Counted from the stretch's first letter, positions 44,001 through 48,774 are shown. The stretch: DNA of 64,000 nucleotides from Candidatus Omnitrophota bacterium (GCA_026387405.1 JAPLLV010000057.1:1503-65502), one strand, 5' to 3'. The notes: a model not told the origin generated them from the letters alone. Numbers and translations: made by a program.

Positions 44001-46048
44001 CATGGACGGCGCTGGCCAATACCTATGGCGCGACTGCCTTTACGTACCCCTATAGTTCCGATGAAACGACAGCGGCAGATTACGCCGCATTCTTAGGAAG
44101 GGTTGGTTGGTATGGGGGAGCGAACGGTAATACAAGCGTCTATGCCTTCAAAGCGGATGTTGGCAATGGGTCAGCGTCGTGGGGGCACCCTAAAGCTATG
44201 TATTCATTCTACGGAAAGTTGAATACAAACGTTGTAACCCAGGCATATCAGAAGTACTACGGCCTGTATCTTGATTCTGTGACAAAGGATGCCACTACTT
44301 CTCTTGCAGAGAACTGGGGGATCTATCAGGCTGATACGACTGCCAAGAGCTATTTTGCAGGCAACATTGGCATCGGGACGACTGCGCCGGAGGCAAAATT
44401 AGATATTCATGCCGGAGATTCCGGAGCTGACGTTGAAAATATAAGGTTTAGTCGGGGAGACCCTTGGAGGTATAACTCCATTCACAGTTGCTCTTGGACA
44501 GGAGGGAATGCTTTTATATCATTTTTAGTGCATGACGGAGTTGGAGATACTACTCAGGCAACTGTCATGACATTAAAAGGAAACGGCTACGTCGGCATCG
44601 GGACGACGGGGCCGGGGTATAAACTCGATGTGTACCAGGATTCGGATGTGTGGCATGCAAGTTTCGGTGGAAGCACGGGAAGAGTAAAAATAGGCGGGCA
44701 AACTACAGGAAACCGAGGCGTTATACAGGCGACGACCGACCTATTATTGCAACGAGACGGCGGCAACGTCGGCATCGGCACGGCGAGCCCGACACAGAAG
44801 CTCCAGGTCCATGGCAATGTGTACATTGATACGTACGGCCAAATAAAGATGCTTACTGGTAATGCTTGGGGCAGATTTATCGGTCAGTATGCGCAAACCG
44901 GAGCGAACGACGCGCTCTTTATTTCTGATAACTACGATAGAGTTGCGGGAACGATAGACCACACATCGCTTGGCACCGCGGAAATAGAGTTACGCGGAGC
45001 CAATGCCGGCCCGGGAGCGATCTATCTGCGCAGCGGTGCCGTAAATACCGCTCCGACTGATACGCTCACTGTTACCGGCGGCAACGTCGGCATCGGGACG
45101 GCGGCACCGCGGACATCTTTGGACATTCTGACTTCTGGTACTGCGAATGTAAATGGAGATGTACCTCATGGCCTTGTGCTGCAAGGTCCGTCCTATGGTC
45201 TCGGAACATACACTGGCCAGCTGGTCGTGCAATCCAACGATGCTCAAGCCGCAAATATGGGCGGGTCCATTGCATTGGGCGGCAGGTATGTTGATTCGAA
45301 TTCTACGGGCGCTTATTTTGCAGGCATTCAAGGCGCAAAAGAGAATAGCACTTCCGGAAATCTAGCCGGATATTTGGCGTTCAGAACGCGCACTACCGGT
45401 AATGCAGACACGGAAAAAATGCGAATCGACAGCGCTGGTAATATCGGCATCGGGATGGCGGCGCCCGTTGAGCCCCTTCAGGTACATCTTGCCACCGGTA
45501 AGAATGTGGGTTTTTTCAACAGTACACTTCCTGCAGTCGGGTCATTCAATGATAACTTCAGTAGTTGGGGAGATTTACAAGTTGGTCTCAATCTGTACTC
45601 TATGGCCAGCGGCAACGTCGGAATCGGGACGACGGCGCCCGGGGCAAAACTGGAAATTGTGGGCACGAATTCACTGATCAGCAACAATTCCGGGAATATC
45701 ACAATTACGCCCAATACCAATTTAAAAGTGACAACGCAGTATTATTCCGCGAAATATTCGTGCACCACCACATTGAGTTGGGATAACGGCAACGTGCAGT
45801 ACATCCAGCTTGCCGGCGGGGGCAATACGTTTACTTTTGCCAATCCTCAAGGGGGGGGGCGATATCTCCTTATCTTAAAACAGCCGTCCTCTGGTTCTGC
45901 CGGCACCGTGACCTGGCCTGCGGCGGTTTTGTGGTCGGCCGGAACAGCGCCGACGTTAACAGCGACGAACAGTAAAGTAGACATCATTACTTTTGTTTAT
46001 GACGACACGAACAGTAAGTATTACGGCGGCTCGAGTTTGAATTATTAG
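26003..46048 (+). CDS. Giant (~6,681 aa) secreted fibre-like adhesin made of GNVGIGTTxP-bounded modules
   Basis: GGAGG ribosome-binding site, then ATG 26003 and a signal peptide. N-terminal domain ISFQARIT...VTFRLY...LWTETQ...LGS; about 60 GNVGIG-type repeats; tail-fibre-like C-terminal domain (WDNGNVQ...VTWPAAVLW...VDIITF). Confidence 0.85.
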   Translation: MKNIFTKPSGFKSVMTFCFFIIALLFFWDTVFGEMARQISFQARITNKDKTVLSGSLSVTFRLYSAETDGTALWTETQTVTADSSGIISCYLGSVTPFPDSVDFNTTYYISLEVSGDGEMSPRIKVVPTPAALNSRLFDGLLSSQFLQAGVLTVSGYFAQDYTGIDHNAMTISYSPASGSYNAVDISYGSAGGTGVALQVTQNGTGNIMQLNYDGTPRMVVEMNGNVGIGTTSPSQALEVNGTVKATTFLGDGSSLSGLSGVISGLTTGKIPKAASTTSIADSVIYETSSNIGIGTTNPGSKLDVLGTLRLSGSTSGYVGLAPAAAAGAATYTLPSSSANGLLKNTDGALSWDTTNYLTSGTIASGITNYLAKYTGTSAIGASTMIYDDGSNIGIGTTNPLQKLQVGGDINIEGGSGLMINNTAASGQYLRGNGTRFVDASIAAGDLPTAIDAAKIADGSVSNGAFQYLSGVTSAVQTQLDSKAPKAGPIFSGTVTVGSMSSAGFVKNDAAGVLSGGNTLTPGTDFTTANLVNGTGINMGGTLTNRIVGSAGNVTVNVSSGVPTSVTSDTNVTGSIADNALTLGWSGQLPVSRGGTGAYTLTGILKGNGTDAFTAAVSGTDYLTPAGTLTGLVQSIVSGTSYITGGNLGIGTTAPSAKLEIKAAGTGPDGFALRVTDAEGTDKLALLDNGNLGIGTTAPGAALEIGGQIKITGGAPGENKVLISNALGLASWSSAASIIDANSLDYDKFKDAMTLDASTTVSFGNYDYIFDLTGTGNFRAQDNGSDVFTVKNTGNVGIGTTNPISKLAVTGKITVADDANANDSNGKIYIGKDSGGSTEGAPENGSQYIMWNDSFNAGGKTGWMYVSGGLSATSINIRNTNTLVFGDTNDTPQTVSYSPTGGVGGVGAFTFSKEIVTQASSPSYLTFSKANNNTLYSLEFNPDSSPQTLRLVKKVSGGSIIPLFEFDTAGSFGVFDESGNKSTIISQGRQWQQEFNNLIFNGSFESFSGGISEAPTGMGATQYQSSVIDGWFNLGGASISRIYAPSFGYAASGNVKFGYAAVNVSDVSSSAAQAIQQEIQPFALRDILGKQITLSVFARNGNTGSATTTIGFEAQDSAGNSITTNFIGLKNSLSILDSGFTLLSYTVTVPTNTSRLFVRLFGADASNVTNTGVVIYDGVSLVSGSLVSPFRPTPIVDSGTQTQKIYGDMEIDMSGPSGDMANYGVSSGGNLGIQGQLAVGGGIQVFGGSMTLGRGGANSGIWAYPMGNTSGTTAYKYVVTSVNSGTIESMPHQVYLSNGPSALTTSNSINIGWNVDSNASSYKLYGRSPSSLGLIASGLTSTYYNDNGSVSPNTGVQPPTFYQNAWTPPGSLTMEGGLRVGTGGNPSYVGSGSAVSFGNAYIVGNLEVGGTIYGDISGAVAGWNKVGTNVQLKNIGDNVGIGTTDPGAKLEVAGQIKMTGSTPGAGKVLTSDANGLASWQNATGNVASVFGRAGAVTAQANDYTWAQIDKTTSSLADITTRSAGDLSSGNLAIARMPTGGDWGLSSNLSISGGNVGIGTTSPSAKLEIRSDNNGGIGPTLILSNKTGGAFGTLGNAAQINFGLDISEALTEPNAAIQAILEDDSNAASGLRFFTFNGTASGERVRIANSGNVGIGTTAPGSKLHLHATAISGRESLMKATVSDAGTDAFYIGNITSADNWFVPAFAGMVNSTNARQSLTFAGFVTAANDASNTSPVVDFLAARSTSTTDPLNGTLTGIANRDLFAFRTLDGSGNSVYKMVMNSSGNVGIGTTSPAYKLDVNGTLNATNINQGGTGLIDGTGTTNYLPKWSDSNTLTGTSLVYDTGTNVGIGTTSPSANLQVSDGSLVNSALISTDKILLTYQNTAPGLSIISADNTTASNRAVFKGVRSRGTLVSPLAPSTDDDVLSFLGAIYDGTATQATAMVGFKVDGAVSSGVAPQRISFITSETTGAARQERLTIKANGNVGIGTTNPTATLHIATGGIRFPDNSYQTSATAGGSVTNIATTAPITGGTITNTGTIGLSYANGLKLSGNDLVPDYGSSANTVAQGNTAVNVNTTGNLSGGATGTAGGGLNVTLNTVNNPTFSTSVTTPILQNASSDLTLQTTTSGNILLSPSGNIGIGTTLPQAKLEIKAAGTSTGFALKVQDSTGADKLAFLDNGSLGIGTTSPGSYKLYVAGDAYLGGLTLSNGSINFGNDLDMQNHLLLNIGNAATDFTTGGGLNLAGNLAVNSTKLFVDATNGNVGIGTTSPTAALTFPAASTGIVLHNAADQTTNTETGFARWSGNSFQIGTNKTGTGTARSLEFFTGGVSRFTLTGAGDYSPTSDNTLFMGLSNKRFYTAYFSNSINIGTGTSPQVYLAASGNSWLTGGNVGIGTTGPIYKIDMLFSNNLAVGDGIRIVNSNTGNLAAAMIRVENNTGSDGRLFKLGSGYSAYKTIVGNDLGFYNYTSGNISILNDVATGKILFAAGAANTAQMLIDTNGNVGIGTTAPLGLLQVGTSPNAPLVVLASGNVGIGTTSPGAKLDIGTGTSADIIFGANTTYTTYNIISTNGVMTDAGFQGFGGGGSAEFYMQAPATGGLHFRTNGNSEKVTILSGGNVGIGTAAPLGLLQVGTSPNAPLVVLANGNVGVGTTSPAQTLDVTGTARITGNVGIGTTASSTYGLYVVGNAYLGGLTLANGGINFGNDLDMQNHMILNIGDAATDFTTGGGLNLVGNLAVNATKLFVDATNGNVGIGTSTPGTAALAIMNGNVGIGTTSPGSIFYVNGSSGAPSTLNSLMTLRDNNTNIGFQMGATTGYGWIRSADILSTAYSGIKVGNGYVSVMDGSTNDKVYVNTTTGNVGIGTTNPGAKFQISGTGVYDASGAARFDLLNTTYGTSWFTHVGDTGNWQVANGAATKLRISPTTNGNMDFFNGTGNVIVNGTGNVGIGTTSPVYKLDVNGTLNATAITQGGVGLIDGAGTANYLPKWSDSNTLTGTSLVYDNGTNVGIGTTSPVQALQVANDFAIDTVNHRVGLGLTNPAYQFTIGSNLSNEATRGITVLQGSDSASAANLNFRKSRGTFASPETVSNHDYLNLTTFYAYTNQWQSPAAFGTFVDGTVSSGVNPVSMLFSTGSANEAYNPFTNNSVRMYLKPDGSVGLGGSMGTMGSFAGSKMVIDTAGNVGIGTTNPTSLLYVAGDANITGTFNAGIFSPFTLSVPGAAYLAYSSGNVGIGTTNPGTKLTVSGSGFNGGYGTFISTDSGNGVLVQGVDGAGINDTAYYAFSDGNSAHNAFIGLVGTAGKGSGNVGDLRFAAGNNTERMRISTGGNVGIGTVSPAYRLNVADVAENTFGRDIVIRNGDETNYWRLSQGINTSGSASAGVPNSSSYLLWEQGGGYGQSGGLAVGTNNAYAGPLMLVSGGSEAVRVLNNGNVGIGTTSPNAPLSIVNAVGRRFILNDSATSYAMGLGINLGQAANSMGAFIGYGDGTAGSSNFEIVSADQAWPYTSYTTRFVVQRGGNVGIGTTGPGAKLEVAGTGVGSGWGTNLSTALVVDGGGLGTTAGSYVYPAEIQNTAGNRLRLQFAPYRRVAGASWQGSAYRMQYAVDNSFTDGGKAYIELGGDDSTSSGGGFVSLGTNGTDRLSILDNGAVGIGIITPYSSLHISNTNPSNAILTLGGGFAGTVDTGGQIVFRTDFGSTDTVGGASIRGLNQWGGESSGQAMDLAFYTNQRTGANAYTGLTERMKITQAGYVGIGTTAPQGRLDVSGITDAGSVYFRSTGRPFLDIKGGANSYSTLRFSDGSDGTYRWDINVNPGNDAQPNALGFWSTTLSAPALTILQSGYVGIGTTSPTSLLDVAGNLNVTGTFSMGAFSPSTLSVPGAAYLAYSSGNVGIGLTNPGAKLDIQTSVLTAPVLRVMNYGNTGNSNFTMTIHTDQPANVGGAYPQYTGAALKVTAFPNASADNAGYVLKVGSDDSSGSSFSPYLVVKAANGNVGIGTASPDAKLTINSNTVASPGILSSGTVSHIVGADAAVSRMLIDVFANTASVTLRKADGTAASPTALAANDLIGQFAFQGYGTTAYSTAAKAAMNGFASENWTDTAQGTYLTFNTTLNGAAGASERVRIDNAGNVGIGTTSPGYPLQVGNYAYLTNDGTNEFAILGAKTASGGLERLFLDANWVRIGTNYSSPDIEIKSGYVGIGTTSPGYLLELYNAANPIINLKTANYSTGFSQYEGSWYGVSNPTIIQPLAPATSHDVVITGVQNGPLSGIVIKSTGNVGIGTTSPQTSLEIGYKTQRYLMFSDSRLAHGVTNFVPTNVFGSFEQYTSDGLGGFIFRGVTGDVDRTALYFVGVSGNAAPTNAPIVFRGAKKSGAGYTDMANNEPVIQFQSGSTPLNIMTFMGSGNVGIGTTGPLQMLQVGQLSGSAVSDGQLVLAKSNGGPNRAFKIGLDSNYALSIGDYGYHAGIAYTPYLTMSYATGNVGIGTTDPQYKLDVNGTARISGVTLLSGGLSDLSTLTVTGNTNLATTSGNVGIGTTAPGTKLQVSGDGNANTYRGVIRIDDTGTSKWGGIAFPDSVGAADSAANNYYFIGRGDAIANRTFTIHIPTAANYGSGGQPIFGVYSTGSDQLFRVQASTGETYIKGSLGIGTTSPGFTLDVNGTVARVGPTGSGVAYTQYGNSATDANNYLVGDENGDFEFYQGKYGGTGNDRMRIKAGVNVGIGTASPSAKLHVKGDAYVGVPYLDSDTSDKTLTIATMTTGKPYLSFQQGGNSGSEIYHDNTYLNFGENSGGSRSGPYMVIKTAGAGQGSVGIGTTTPVAPLQVVGRATADYLDQGHSDLGTSASQSALSTWVAMASATVSYGTVEANTRIYKNGDLVAEKATAGAGTFNVVAGDIITTNNKPVGLVAEGAQYSIVPLTLSGTQFGFYSSRDDPQIVYVYAPYGTAYVEFYQDAYKGGTPAATATVAQGQIATLTGTATVAAHYNRVYASSPVIMTKAGTGGDYDIVSPASHELITARGFSSYSGMTAATTMTLSSSGLYLHSDNGLVFGNAIGDGAGGDTDMALPWKAAGDTYIIPHAVSDFGLISLEPTTVRVYYLSSGVWTLYNSYDLTSASRTTPAYITVGTQSGADAYIIASGPVLVVGDRPFYIRLNDTADDEYAALGYMSGSRSLFGGVDDWNATGANMYYNGTGNVGIGTTNPQYKLDVNGTARISGVTLLSGGLSDLSTLTVTGNTYLATTSGSVGIGTASPGGKLEVQGGRSFFSASNEQYGVGVKYSSSGGAVYFGATSSSGTPDAAISNAGGGTLMTLQNGGNVGIGTATPLQSLSLGIFASPSGALLGYANSDQAGLSYYSAQNFPTAGQYDRVLDINAGGGNAGSHINFLTQPVNGSSVIRMSIDDTGNVGIGTTAPGAKLDIESTTADNQIYVGSVAPSIRLSNNAVLASRTNEGVIALTTTANQYIPGSVVGDLNIYSAAPNSGTVGGILFGTGASQVARMYIKSDGNVGIGTTGPIFTLQTAGAANAGDGTFILNGGAQSTTFFDAYVDGTSAYQHTPGMMVRKDSSGTRIDQAPAALTLFNNNGTNNTWVKLVLANREASGTGNPVSIAGIAAQKTSGAAAAWASGDLVLWAKNVGSQVEVLRATSGGNVGMGTTAPGAKLEINLGGIDLLPGGNPATANMVRFFGGQSGTIWGQQWDMNIAGINVNNSRLTFAGGNNSGSLPQANILTLVNNGNVGIGTTAPNDPLHIYKSSGNAYLRTEANNGAGSVRAYTFGPNTTDWNLHVRDATGNYDIITALWSNGNVGIGTTNPGAKLEVNGTITATSFSGTSSNVSPYYYVTAGNGYGIGYWSAAPSTYGTFMSNSATYQYGDVNDYYIANVMSSGTGRGFTWSYETTPSMALNASSGNLAIKGIFKANGTGNNYFAGNVGIGTAAPGQKLTIYDTAVAGVALRLGYSDTAYFDFARNYSTGTLSIQGNQTGTNNIVLAPTSGNVGMGIAAPLTGAKLDVSNLPAAWTALANTYGATAFTYPYSSDETTAADYAAFLGRVGWYGGANGNTSVYAFKADVGNGSASWGHPKAMYSFYGKLNTNVVTQAYQKYYGLYLDSVTKDATTSLAENWGIYQADTTAKSYFAGNIGIGTTAPEAKLDIHAGDSGADVENIRFSRGDPWRYNSIHSCSWTGGNAFISFLVHDGVGDTTQATVMTLKGNGYVGIGTTGPGYKLDVYQDSDVWHASFGGSTGRVKIGGQTTGNRGVIQATTDLLLQRDGGNVGIGTASPTQKLQVHGNVYIDTYGQIKMLTGNAWGRFIGQYAQTGANDALFISDNYDRVAGTIDHTSLGTAEIELRGANAGPGAIYLRSGAVNTAPTDTLTVTGGNVGIGTAAPRTSLDILTSGTANVNGDVPHGLVLQGPSYGLGTYTGQLVVQSNDAQAANMGGSIALGGRYVDSNSTGAYFAGIQGAKENSTSGNLAGYLAFRTRTTGNADTEKMRIDSAGNIGIGMAAPVEPLQVHLATGKNVGFFNSTLPAVGSFNDNFSSWGDLQVGLNLYSMASGNVGIGTTAPGAKLEIVGTNSLISNNSGNITITPNTNLKVTTQYYSAKYSCTTTLSWDNGNVQYIQLAGGGNTFTFANPQGGGRYLLILKQPSSGSAGTVTWPAAVLWSAGTAPTLTATNSKVDIITFVYDDTNSKYYGGSSLNY
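26674..45640 (+). repeat. Intragenic dispersed direct repeat, consensus GGCAACGTCGGCATCGGGACGACG
   Basis: About 60 junctions counted by eye, most very close to consensus from 30314 onward (e.g. 30659, 31355, 33167, 34301, 38360, 39182, 39407, 39557, 41540, 42170, 45080). Confidence 0.9.
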
Positions 46049-46088
46049 GCGTCAAGTTTTTTAGCAGCGCTTTCGCGAGGTTCTTATT

Positions 46089-46628
46089 ATGAAAAAACTG
46101 TGCGCGTTCATAGTTTTATTTTGCGCAATGTGTTGTGCCTGTCGGCTTGGCTATGCCGAGACACCCCTTCAGACCTGCCCTCCGGCTGGTTATACAACTA
46201 ATAATGCCTGGGACTATTCAATGGGATATAGATTTACGCCGAATGTGAATGGCCAGATCACGAAACTCGGCGGTTACTTCTCCGGCACAAAATGGGTCAG
46301 GCTTTACGATGCTTCATACACACTGCTTGCCAGTGCGCAGGTCATGAGTGCCTATAACTGGGTATACACCTCGATCACTCCGGTCAGCGTGACCAGTGGC
46401 GCAACATATTATGTCGTGGTTGAAGTAGCCAGTAGCGGCGGTGTCTTTAATACCTACACAACGCCTAATACCTGCGGTAATGTTACGATGAATGCCTCTA
46501 CATATCAGACTCCCAGTGGTACGTTTAATTCCGGCCATGCCGAAACCCCAAGTTATATGTATGGTCTGGTCGATGTGGAATTTACTGTTGGAGGGGGAGC
46601 CAGCGCTTTTTTGTTGGGGGGAGATTAA
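46089..46628 (+). CDS. Small secreted DUF4082-like beta-sandwich protein
   Basis: Signal peptide; MGYRFTPNVNGQITKLG...VRLYD..TLLASA...ITPVSVTSGATYYV. Confidence 0.7.
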   Translation: MKKLCAFIVLFCAMCCACRLGYAETPLQTCPPAGYTTNNAWDYSMGYRFTPNVNGQITKLGGYFSGTKWVRLYDASYTLLASAQVMSAYNWVYTSITPVSVTSGATYYVVVEVASSGGVFNTYTTPNTCGNVTMNASTYQTPSGTFNSGHAETPSYMYGLVDVEFTVGGGASAFLLGGD

Positions 46629-46641
46629 GCGGATTTATACG

Positions 46642-46734
46642 TGCGCAACAAGAAAACCCCGCCATTTATGGCGGGGATGAACAAAGGTTGCGCAGTATCA
46701 ACCATAGCAAACCTCGGGTTTTAGCCCGAGGTAG
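46642..46734. mobile_element. Putative non-autonomous IS200/IS605-type remnant (two subterminal-type hairpins, no ORF)
   Basis: CCCCGCCAT-TT-ATGGCGGGG (46657-46676) and ACCTCGGGT-TTTA-GCCCGAGGT (46711-46732). Confidence 0.5.
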
Positions 46735-46764
46735 CCGTAGGTTGATTTAAATGATGTGATGACT

Positions 46765-47868
46765 ATGAACAGGACAAATAAATTCATTCGCTCATTATTT
46801 TTTTGCAGCGCGGTGTTTTACGCGTCTGTTCAGACGGCTTATGCTGTCACAGATAACTATTCTTATATCGGAGGACAGCAGTCTTGGACTGTTCCAGTTA
46901 CTGTCAGTTCTATCACTGTTGATGTTCAGGGAGCACAGGGAAGTGATAACCTGTACGCCGGCGGTAGTGTCGGAGCCATTGGTGGGAATGGCGGCCGGGT
47001 TCAGGCGACGGTAGCTGTCACTTCCGGAACCACTATTTATATCTATGTCGGCGGAAGAGCCGGCTATAACGGCGGCGGTCCAGCCACAGGGTATGTTATT
47101 GCGGGAGGAGGAGCATCTGATATCAGGATCGGCGGAACAACGTTGACTGATAGAAAGGTTGTTGCCGGCGGCGGCGGCGGTTCAGGAGCGTATTATGGTC
47201 TTGGTTTGCAGGGCGGCGCCGGAGGAGACACAACCGGAGGTACATATACTAATAGCGGCGGCGGCGGGACACAATCTGCCGGAGGAGGGGGTCCGACTTC
47301 GGGAAGTTGGGGGCAAGGAGCAACAGGAACCGGCGATGGTACTTGCGGCTGGGGCGGTAGTGGCGGCGGTGGTTACTATGGCGGTGGCAGCGGGTATTAT
47401 AACTGTTATTACTCAGGTTCCGGCGGCGGCGGCGGCGGTTCCTCCTGGACTGACAGTGGGATTGTTTCAGGCGTTACCCATACACAAGGATATCGAGCGG
47501 GAGATGGATTGATAAGCATTACTTATTCCCTGTCAGCACCGTCGGCGCCAACTTTATCTTCGCCTTCAAACGGGGCAACCAATGTGGCTATAAGCTCGAG
47601 CCTGAGTTGGAGTGATTCCAGCGGAGCGACGTCCTACAATTTACAGGTAGCCACGGATTCGGGTTTTTCAAATAAGATATACGATCTTACCGGTATCGTG
47701 CCTGCTTCCTATCTTGTAAGTTTAGTGATTAATACGACTTATTACTGGCGTGTGAGCGCAACAAACGCAGCGGGCACGAGCAGTTGGACTTCAGCATGGA
47801 GTTTTACGACCTCGACTGTCAAAATTCAGTTTGAAGGAGTAAAAATGGAAGGGGTGAAGGTAGACTAG
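46765..47868 (+). CDS. Secreted glycine-rich (polyglycine, ALK/LTK/gp38-like) domain protein with a C-terminal Fn3 domain
   Basis: Signal peptide; QSWTVPVTVSSITVDVQGAQG...GGRVQAT..VTSGTTIYIYVGG; GGGASDIR; GGGGYYGGG; Fn3 (LSWSDSSGATSYNLQV...TYYWRVSATN). Confidence 0.8.
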   Translation: MNRTNKFIRSLFFCSAVFYASVQTAYAVTDNYSYIGGQQSWTVPVTVSSITVDVQGAQGSDNLYAGGSVGAIGGNGGRVQATVAVTSGTTIYIYVGGRAGYNGGGPATGYVIAGGGASDIRIGGTTLTDRKVVAGGGGGSGAYYGLGLQGGAGGDTTGGTYTNSGGGGTQSAGGGGPTSGSWGQGATGTGDGTCGWGGSGGGGYYGGGSGYYNCYYSGSGGGGGGSSWTDSGIVSGVTHTQGYRAGDGLISITYSLSAPSAPTLSSPSNGATNVAISSSLSWSDSSGATSYNLQVATDSGFSNKIYDLTGIVPASYLVSLVINTTYYWRVSATNAAGTSSWTSAWSFTTSTVKIQFEGVKMEGVKVD

Positions 47869-47879
47869 CTCATTTTAAT

Positions 47880-48678
47880 TAGGGACAGCGACTATTTTTC
47901 CCGGCATTCTTTGGTAATTACTGAAATATTTCCGTTAGATTTTCCTTCCTTTTGCGTCTGTTAATAGTAGAAGGGAGGGATATACCATGCCTCGGATTGG
48001 CAGAGTAGTAGCTGTGGGTTTACCCCATCACATTACGCAAAGAGGAAACTATCAGCAAGATGTATTTCTTGAGCCAGATGACAGGAGGCAATACCTTAGC
48101 TGGATTAGAGAATATAGTCTAAAGTACAGCCTTTCCATTTTGGTCTATTGCCTGATGCAGAATCACGTGCACTTTATCGCTATCCCAAATGAAATTGATT
48201 CCCTGGCTAAGACATTCAATGCCGCTCATATGCGTTATTCGCAGTACTTTAACAAGAAGCTGAAGCAGCGAGGGCATCTCTGGCAAGGGCGTTTCTATTC
48301 TTGCGTATTAGACGAACCTCATCTTTTGCTTGCCGCCCGCTACATTGAAAGGAACCCTGTGCGCGCCGGCCTTGTAAAAAAACCGTGGCAGTGGCCTTGG
48401 TCAAGCGCGATAAGCCATGTCAATGGGAAAGAGAACGGTCTTATTGAACTTGGCGATCTTCTTGGGATTATAGGCATGTCATGTCCTTCATGGGAAAAAT
48501 ACATTGATTCCCCAGAAGAGAATAATTCCTTGCAGCGTATAAGAAAACATACCCTTACCGGGCATCCTTTGGGAACAATAGCATTTATAGAAAAACTGGA
48601 AGCAAAATTCGGCAGAAGGTTGTGTGCATTACCGATAGGCAGGCCGAAGAAAAACTAAGAAAATAGTCGCTGTCCCTA
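47880..48678. mobile_element. Y1 transposase unit bracketed by perfect 19-bp inverted repeats
   Basis: TAGGGACAGCGACTATTTT (47880-47898) and its exact reverse complement AAAATAGTCGCTGTCCCTA (48660-48678). Confidence 0.8.
47987..48658 (+). CDS. REP-associated tyrosine (Y1/HUH) transposase, RAYT type
   Basis: MPR...HHITQRGN, YCLMQNHVH (HUH), GHLWQGRFYS, YIERNPVRAGLV...WPWSS. Confidence 0.9.
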   Translation: MPRIGRVVAVGLPHHITQRGNYQQDVFLEPDDRRQYLSWIREYSLKYSLSILVYCLMQNHVHFIAIPNEIDSLAKTFNAAHMRYSQYFNKKLKQRGHLWQGRFYSCVLDEPHLLLAARYIERNPVRAGLVKKPWQWPWSSAISHVNGKENGLIELGDLLGIIGMSCPSWEKYIDSPEENNSLQRIRKHTLTGHPLGTIAFIEKLEAKFGRRLCALPIGRPKKN

Positions 48679-48756
48679 TGTACCAATTGCAAATAAGGCT
48701 TTGGCAGAGCAGGATTAAAAAAGGTTCAATTATGCGCAAAGCGTTAATTCCGCCGT

Positions 48757-48771
48757 CACCGCGGGTCTGGA
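48757..48771 (-). repeat. Partial REP family A copy
   Basis: CACCGCGGGTCTGGA just upstream of ATG 48775. Confidence 0.7.
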
Positions 48772-48774
48772 GCT

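Noticed and set aside
26674-45640. CRISPR array interpretation of the ~24-bp repeat
   Set aside because: Spacers are 60 to >1000 bp and variable, the whole region is one open frame, and no cas genes are present.
26638-45720. Many minus-strand ORFs containing VVPMPTLP
   Set aside because: They are antisense shadows of the GNVGIGTT junction.
26003-47868. Prophage tail module
   Set aside because: The proteins have Sec signal peptides and there are no capsid, terminase, portal or lysis genes.
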